A stretch of DNA of 63,775 nucleotides, counting the filler, from Octopus bimaculoides (Eukaryota), in assembly GCF_001194135.2 (NCBI RefSeq). It is 7 parts of 6 records of this genome, joined end to end, with 100 filler letters (N's around TTAATTAATTAA, not from the genome) between each part and the next. Parts side by side here need not be neighbours in the genome. Positions count along the whole stretch, not along the records: positions 57,063 to 62,332 come from NW_026392784.1; positions 62,433 to 63,775 come from NC_069006.1; 5 more parts are not named here. The stretch is one strand, 5' to 3'. The notes under the pieces are model-generated. The model was not told where the DNA came from, did not search any database, and saw only the letters and a list, made by a program, of their open reading frames with translations. The position numbers were made by a program, and so were the translations under genes. Below are positions 61,866-63,775 of the stretch, in pieces. Within the stretch, counting starts at the first letter, position 1, and the number at the start of each line of letters is the position of its first letter.

Positions 61866-62068
61866 AAGAGAGAAGGGTAGGACTGAAGGAGAACTGGAGG
61901 TGAAAGAGAATGTCAGTAATTGATAGAGGGGTAAAGAATAGAAGGAAAGAGAGATAAAATGTAAGAGAGAGACTGAATGAATGAATAAGGGGGTAACGGT
62001 AGGAGGAGCGGTAAATAGAGAGATGGAAGTGCAAGAGAGAGAGAGAGAGAGTAACACAAGGTGATAGG

Positions 62069-62107
<39 letters not shown>

Positions 62108-62479
62108 AGGAGAAGGAAGAAGGAGAGAGAAGGGGGAAGAAAGGAGGAAATAACAAGCAGGAAATCGTGTGAGTTAAGAAGAAGAGAGAGAAAATGAATG
62201 AGCTGAAAGAGTGAAGGAGAAGTTAATAAAAAAAGATAGAAACGATGACCGTTGTATATATGAGTATGTATATATGTGTGTGTGTATGTATATATGTATA
62301 TATGTATAATATATATATGTATATAGATAGATNNNNNNNNNNNNNNNNNNNNNNNNNNNNNNNNNNNNNNNNNNNNTTAATTAATTAANNNNNNNNNNNN
62401 NNNNNNNNNNNNNNNNNNNNNNNNNNNNNNNNTATATATATACATTTCATTCATATAAACACACATATGTATGTATATA

Positions 62480-62511
<32 letters not shown>

Positions 62512-63289
62512 CTTCATACACGTATATGTATAGTATTATAACCATCACATTCTCTCAATTTATTAAGTCAATATATCTACCTCTCTCTCTCTCTCCAGCT
62601 CTCTCTCTAGCTCTCTCTCTGTGTCTCTCTTTCTATCTATATAACGATCTATTTATCTGCATCGTCTATGTAACCACTCTGACAGATGGATAGTTTTTTT
62701 ACCTATCTTATTCGAGCATTATTGGAACATACATAGAGAAACACACTCACACACACACACAAACACACATCATAATCACACCAATTATAGACAGAGCTAT
62801 ACAAGCACGTACAAACATACACAAACACATACAAGTACAAACCCATCCCATTCCTCCACCTCTTTCATTCCTATTCACATAACAAACTTAACAGAAACAG
62901 TATAATGCATACTATTTTCCATATCTATCATGTATTCCTTGCACTTGATATGTCAGCTGTTCATGAGATTGTAGCCATCAGTGAAATTATCGCCAAAGTA
63001 AATGTTTAACGTTGAAAGTGAAAGTGAAACTACAAACATTTTAACGCCAATCCCTGATATTTCTTCATTTCCGTCATTACGATGTATGAGAAATGTGTGA
63101 ATGAAACCACTGAGGGAATTAAGCTGCGGAATTTTTTTTTTTTTTTGCATTGCAGAAGAAAACACCGTTCTAGGTTTTGGAGATGTAAGAGGGCTTAGTT
63201 GGGCTGCCTCTAATATTTATCGTTTGATACGCTAAAATCAAACATTACGGTGTAGGAATGAATACTTGAGAGAAATAACCGAGGGGATT

Positions 63290-63460
63290 AAGCTGTGAAC
63301 TTTTTACACGGAGGAAGTCGATCGAAGGCAGAGCCACTAGGCGTTCACGATTCAAGCTCGCCAGATGTGAATCCGTGTGATGTTTGGTTACGGGGCGCGG
63401 CTGAAGCAATATCCAAGGCAACTCCTGACAAATGTGTATCCTCACTGGATCATTCGGTAA
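63290..63460 (+). mobile_element. Highly decayed Tc1/mariner transposase C-terminal fragment
   Basis: SSSPDVNPCDVWLRGAAEAISKATP resembles the PxSPDLNPxD.W.WG motif. Confidence 0.5.
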
Positions 63461-63634
63461 AATGGTAAAAGAACAAATAATTAAGGTATTGGTCATCATT
63501 TCGTAAAAAGGATTCAACTGGTAAAGAAAGCAACAGACGGCCACATTACTAACATAGCTAGAGTGTGTGCCACCCGGGGCAGCCCTTCCGTTTGCTGCCA
63601 CCGGATCCCACAAAAAAAAAAAAACACATATTGC

Positions 63635-63755
63635 CTATAGCGAAGTGAGTTGAAGTGGTGTGTTCAAATACACCGCGTCGCCTGGTGCAGGTATCGAAAC
63701 TGCAACCTTAAGATTGTTAATACAAAACCCTGACCACTAAGTCACTCAACTCTAA
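63635..63755 (-). mobile_element. Degenerate tRNA-SINE head
   Basis: Minus strand GAGTGACTTAGTGGTCAGGG...GTTTCGATACC, box A/B-like. Confidence 0.45.
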
Positions 63756-63775
63756 CTTTATATATATATATATAT

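Noticed and set aside
17583-62156. Long ORFs in the track made of X, or of CV/HT/YI/ER repeats
   Set aside because: Artefacts of N gaps and dinucleotide microsatellites.
62953-63613. Minus-strand ORFs of 70 and 122 aa
   Set aside because: No recognisable protein; the opposite strand better fits a decayed transposase motif.

Overview
AT-rich, gap-riddled eukaryotic sequence dominated by microsatellites, SINEs, LINE fragments and DNA-transposon relics. The repeat landscape looks like an octopus (coleoid cephalopod) short-read scaffold; this is inferred from repeat style and not database-checked. No long host ORF is present. The only convincing host coding piece is a signal-peptide exon on + (ATG 6528, phase-1 GT donor after 6612), so most of the window is probably the huge first intron of a secreted or membrane protein gene. 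Recognised TEs: two CR1/L2-like LINE RT fragments, an RTE LINE, a near-complete mariner, an internally deleted DD37D (maT-like) element, hAT-type MITEs and at least four SINE families. The most interesting signal is a set of short non-coding repeats carrying minimal type I hammerhead-ribozyme (HHR) folds. These are a 462-bp fold-back with two back-to-back HHRs (17039-17500), an HHR with a compensatory G3-C8 core swap in another fold-back (16719-17016), a seven-copy, mostly TA-run-associated ~170-200 bp family, and an HHR inside a ~355-bp direct repeat (60596-61092). Together they suggest several non-autonomous Penelope-like or retrozyme-like families. A CR1-like LINE also shares its 3' stem-loop tail with the commonest SINE. 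All alignments and folds were done by eye and need computational confirmation.
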